A stretch of 64,000 nt of DNA, taken from NCBI GenBank assembly GCA_026936335.1, contig JAPMXV010000025.1:62001-126000 (forward strand), read 5' to 3'. A model generated the notes under the pieces. That model did no database searches and was not told the DNA's origin. It saw only the letters and a program-made list of their open reading frames with translations. A program made the translations under genes and the position numbers. The DNA is from Mantamonas sphyraenae STR306. Taxonomy: Eukaryota > Protista > CRuMs. Numbering within the stretch: position 1 is the stretch's first letter; the number at the start of each line of letters is the position of its first letter. Below are positions 60,593-64,000 of the stretch, piece after piece.

Positions 60593-62443
60593 ATGACACG
60601 AACAACTCTGGCCCAAACAGGATTCACACGGGTGCATATTGTTGTGATAACGGCATGTGTGCTTGCTCACATCGTCACTTGTCTGCACATGAATGCTGAG
60701 GGTGTGCTCCGACAGGATGGCTCGTTCGACACGGGTACGTGAAAAAAAAGGGCACCTCCTCTTCCTCCCCTCCGTCCTTCACATCGCCCTGCGCACACGC
60801 TGACGCGCACGCCTGGTGAAACCAGGACGCATCTCTGCGATGAATGCCACCGTTGGTGGCAAGCTTGAGTTCCCCAAGGCAGGCCAGCGCGTTCAAAGTC
60901 AAACGCGCGCTGCCTTCAACGAACTCCCGCCCAATCTCGTCGACAACTCGTTCATGGAGCGCGTGGACCAGAACAACGTGCCGCTGGGATACTCCACGAC
61001 CTGGAGTGCATTCAAGCCAGGGACAGGATGGGGCTTCGAAGGGAAAGGCACACCGGGGGCAAACACGGCGTTGAATCCAGGCACCATCAACATCACAGCC
61101 GCGCACCCATACACAGCGTGCTTCGAAGGCCCATACATCGCCGCATCGGGTGCGGTCCCTTCATTGGGCGTCGTAGATACGCTCCTTCGTGGGGAGTGCA
61201 ACAACGCGAACGCCACGCACCCTGTGTTTTTTGGGGCCTTTGACAAGGGCCCCCGCGGCAAGCTCTCTGGACTTCGTGACGGATGGCTGAGCAACAACGG
61301 CAACCTGCTGCACATCCGAGGCACACGGGATGCTGCCAAAATCGTGGCACAGCAGTTGCAAAACATCACACAGGCCGTCAACTTTCCCACCACGTCCAAG
61401 GCGGTCGCGGAGGCCCTTCGAGTCCGCTTCTTCATCAAAGTCCTCAAAGGAGCGGCTGCCCTCAGGATGACTGTTGACGACAGTGCCTCGTCTGACAATC
61501 CCACGTACGTTTCGTCAGCCAACACGTGCACCGACGGCTGGTGCTACGTCGACGCTGTGCTCGACAGTGAGACGTGGAACAGCAATGGCAATGGTCCATT
61601 GACTCGATTGGACGACCGACGCGTGCTTCAACTGGTCATGCATCCCGATGGCAGCGGTTTCTTCGAGGCGCTTGTTGCCCTTCCGTACATCACACCGACA
61701 GACACTCAGGTTGTCCAATGGGCACCCAGTGTCTCTGATGCACTTGCAGAAAAGGGAATCGTGTCTGACCCCACCAAAGGTCTGGTTGGCGTGGATACAC
61801 GAGGTAGGACATGCCATTTTGTTTGCAAGAGGCAATTTGCACCCCCCCCGAACGCTGACACTCGCACACAGTTTCCTCCTTTGGTATCTACGGTGGAGAA
61901 GGTGATTTGGGAGGCATCCCGAGACGTGGTGCAAACTTTCCCGACTTTGCGTTCTTTGGTACACCCGGAACAGCTACATTTGACGGAACGTGCAGCATCG
62001 CTCTGCACGTCAACTTGTTCCAGGTGGAGGTTCCTGCGCCATCCAACTCCTACTACAAGATTTTTCGGTTGCACATCCAGGGATACCATTTTGGCACCAC
62101 TCAGACAATCGACATCATCGCCGCAAGGCAGAACATCGCTGCAGGACGGCCTGTGATCAGGAACAACGGAGACCTTGCGTCTCCAACGTGGGGATTTGAC
62201 ACTGACAATCACTACTACCTTCAATGGACCAATGTGCCAAGCTGCATGGCATTTGGAATCTCCGTCAGCATGTCCTTCCCAATCCCAGAGTACGGCGTCA
62301 CACAGCAGTTTCGCCCAAAGGCGGTATTGTTCTTCAACCATGGTGGCCAGACCTACGCATCCCCTGTACCTTCCAGGACGCAACCCCTTGGACCTGGAAA
62401 TCAGCTCCCCACCGACCTGTACCCGTTCACCCGAGTCAATTGA
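60593..62443 (+). CDS. Secreted protein of the same family, paralogue C
   Basis: Hydrophobic N-terminus; introns 60735-60824 and 61804-61871 give a continuous frame; LPPNLVDNSFM, HPYTACFEGPY, ALPYI..WAPS, SPTWG.D.DNHYYL. Confidence 0.8.
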
Positions 62444-62604
62444 CTCGTCGGGAGTGCACGTTCGTCTCGTCTCTCCAACGTGGCATGGAAAACACCTTCT
62501 ACATCCATGTCGACGGACGCAAACACATATTGCGCAAGAAGGATCAACATTGGTACCTGGCAACCTCAGTTTTCGGTGAACGCTCCCTCCGTTCACTATC
62601 TTCA

Positions 62605-64000
62605 TCACGCGCCAGCAATGTACCCGACCTGTCCACCCGCATCGCCAGCCCCGCCTCCCAGGTTGTTCATCTCCACCGTGCCGCCTTGGCGGTAGCTATT
62701 GGAGTGGTCACGTGCCCCTTGCTTCACGCTCTTGTCCAGCGACGCCTCGTTCCAGGCAGCAATCTTGGACTTTGCCTTTTCGCGGGTCAGCACCATGACC
62801 AGGCCAATGATGACCACAAAGAAGCCACCATTGAGCACAAAGATCACCGCGGTTGTGAACGTCGTCGACGTCTCGTCCGCATCCGCGCCCACAAGCAGCA
62901 TCCCCGTTTGCAGGGTGCCCAGAACCACCATAAGGCTGGCAGTGGACAGGTACGTGAGCACCTGCACTCGGTATGGCTTCAGCCACTGCTCAACCACCAG
63001 CGACACCAGGATGATAAGCGAACCGACGTACAGCTGCACCAGGGGCTGATCGACAAAGGCCACCGTGCAGAACACCAGTGCGCTCTTGCGTGCAAGGATG
63101 ACAAAGTCGTACAGATAGCTGCTGGTGCGGTACGAGTCGTAGAAAAAGTGGTAGCCGTCCCACTTGTCTTGATCGTACAGGCGGCACTCGTCCCCGGTGA
63201 CCATGCGCTGGTTGCGAAGGATGCGCAGACGCACCAACACCATCAGAGGAAAGACCACAAGCTCCAGCACAGCCAGGACACCGATCCAGATTTGTTGGCT
63301 TTGGAAATCGGCGCTTTCGCAGTCCAGGCGCGTGTCCCAACGCACCACGTACGAGCTGCCAAAGTACGTACATCCCATAAGCAGCTGTGTGGTCATGCGC
63401 AACACCTGCAAATGCACAATAAAGACCATGATGCGGGCGATGGGCAACGAGCGCTTGCGGAACTGATCGACGATGTCCAGACTGCTCCAGCCCTCGCGCA
63501 CGCCCACGATCAGCAAACGCACAACAAACGCCACCATGAGCGTGGCAAATGGAAGGATCAGGTACGAAGCAAACTTGGAGACGAGAAGTGGGCGATCAAA
63601 CACGCAGTCCATCGGGGACGAGTTCCACACGCTCAGGTTGCTGGCATCTGCCACCTGATAAAACCCATCAATGGAGCTCGACCAGTCGACGTTGACCACA
63701 GCAAACACACTGAGTGCCTGTGTGTGATTGAGCGCAATCTTCACCACCAGCATCGGCGGCGTCTCCAGCAACCGCTGCCGGCCCTTACCTGTGCTCACCT
63801 CCGAGCTGGACATGTACACTTGCATGAACCAAATCAGCAGCACGAGCCAGATGAAGATGCCCACCACCAGCAAAGCAATGTCCACACCCACCTCGCCGCA
63901 ATTGTCGCACAATCCGCTCGATGACCGTCCATACCCGGGCTCACACTGGCTACACAGAACCGCTGTGTACCCCGTGTTACACGCGCCTCCCTCGCTGCAT
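62605..64000 (-). CDS. 3' part of a protist multi-pass membrane protein with a Cys-rich juxtamembrane ectodomain (~7-9 TM)
   Basis: CNTGYTAVLCSQCEPGYGRSSSGLCDNC followed by hydrophobic helices with KIAL..Q, YHFFYDSY..YLYDFVILARK and KPY motifs; 5' end lies outside the window. Confidence 0.8.
   Translation of the reverse strand, partial: CSEGGACNTGYTAVLCSQCEPGYGRSSSGLCDNCGEVGVDIALLVVGIFIWLVLLIWFMQVYMSSSEVSTGKGRQRLLETPPMLVVKIALNHTQALSVFAVVNVDWSSSIDGFYQVADASNLSVWNSSPMDCVFDRPLLVSKFASYLILPFATLMVAFVVRLLIVGVREGWSSLDIVDQFRKRSLPIARIMVFIVHLQVLRMTTQLLMGCTYFGSSYVVRWDTRLDCESADFQSQQIWIGVLAVLELVVFPLMVLVRLRILRNQRMVTGDECRLYDQDKWDGYHFFYDSYRTSSYLYDFVILARKSALVFCTVAFVDQPLVQLYVGSLIILVSLVVEQWLKPYRVQVLTYLSTASLMVVLGTLQTGMLLVGADADETSTTFTTAVIFVLNGGFFVVIIGLVMVLTREKAKSKIAAWNEASLDKSVKQGARDHSNSYRQGGTVEMNNLGGGAGDAGGQVGYIAGA

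Overview
GC-rich, gene-dense nuclear DNA from a flagellated, mitochondriate protist. It has short GT-AG introns that often contain (CA)n tracts. The STAT, LRRCC1 and a COX5C/Cox7-type subunit suggest an Amorphea-type flagellate, but the taxon cannot be fixed from sequence alone. Positions 1-44.3 kb are mostly core genes: RUVBL1, STAT, a 2OG-Fe(II) oxygenase, LRRCC1, EFTUD2/SNU114, a MAPR cytochrome b5 protein, an SDR, an F-BAR-PH-SH3 protein, an LYR protein, tRNA-Arg(UCG), TBCC and ROMO1. This stretch also holds two apparent pseudoenzymes (CD39-like and class III cyclase) and a NADAR/DUF6939-like gene. Positions 43.8-64 kb form a dynamic accessory region. A ~5.3 kb segmental duplication carries two intracellular LRR-ankyrin-coiled-coil-TKL kinase genes whose 84-bp LRR cassettes are shuffled and hypervariable at predicted ligand-contact codons. 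This is the best candidate for an undescribed diversified receptor system. The region also has a truncated adhesin fragment, three paralogous secreted jelly-roll-like proteins and a multi-pass membrane protein. Many genes are broken by 1-nt indels in homopolymers or GAG repeats, most likely assembly errors. All homology calls come from recognising motifs by eye; no database search was run.
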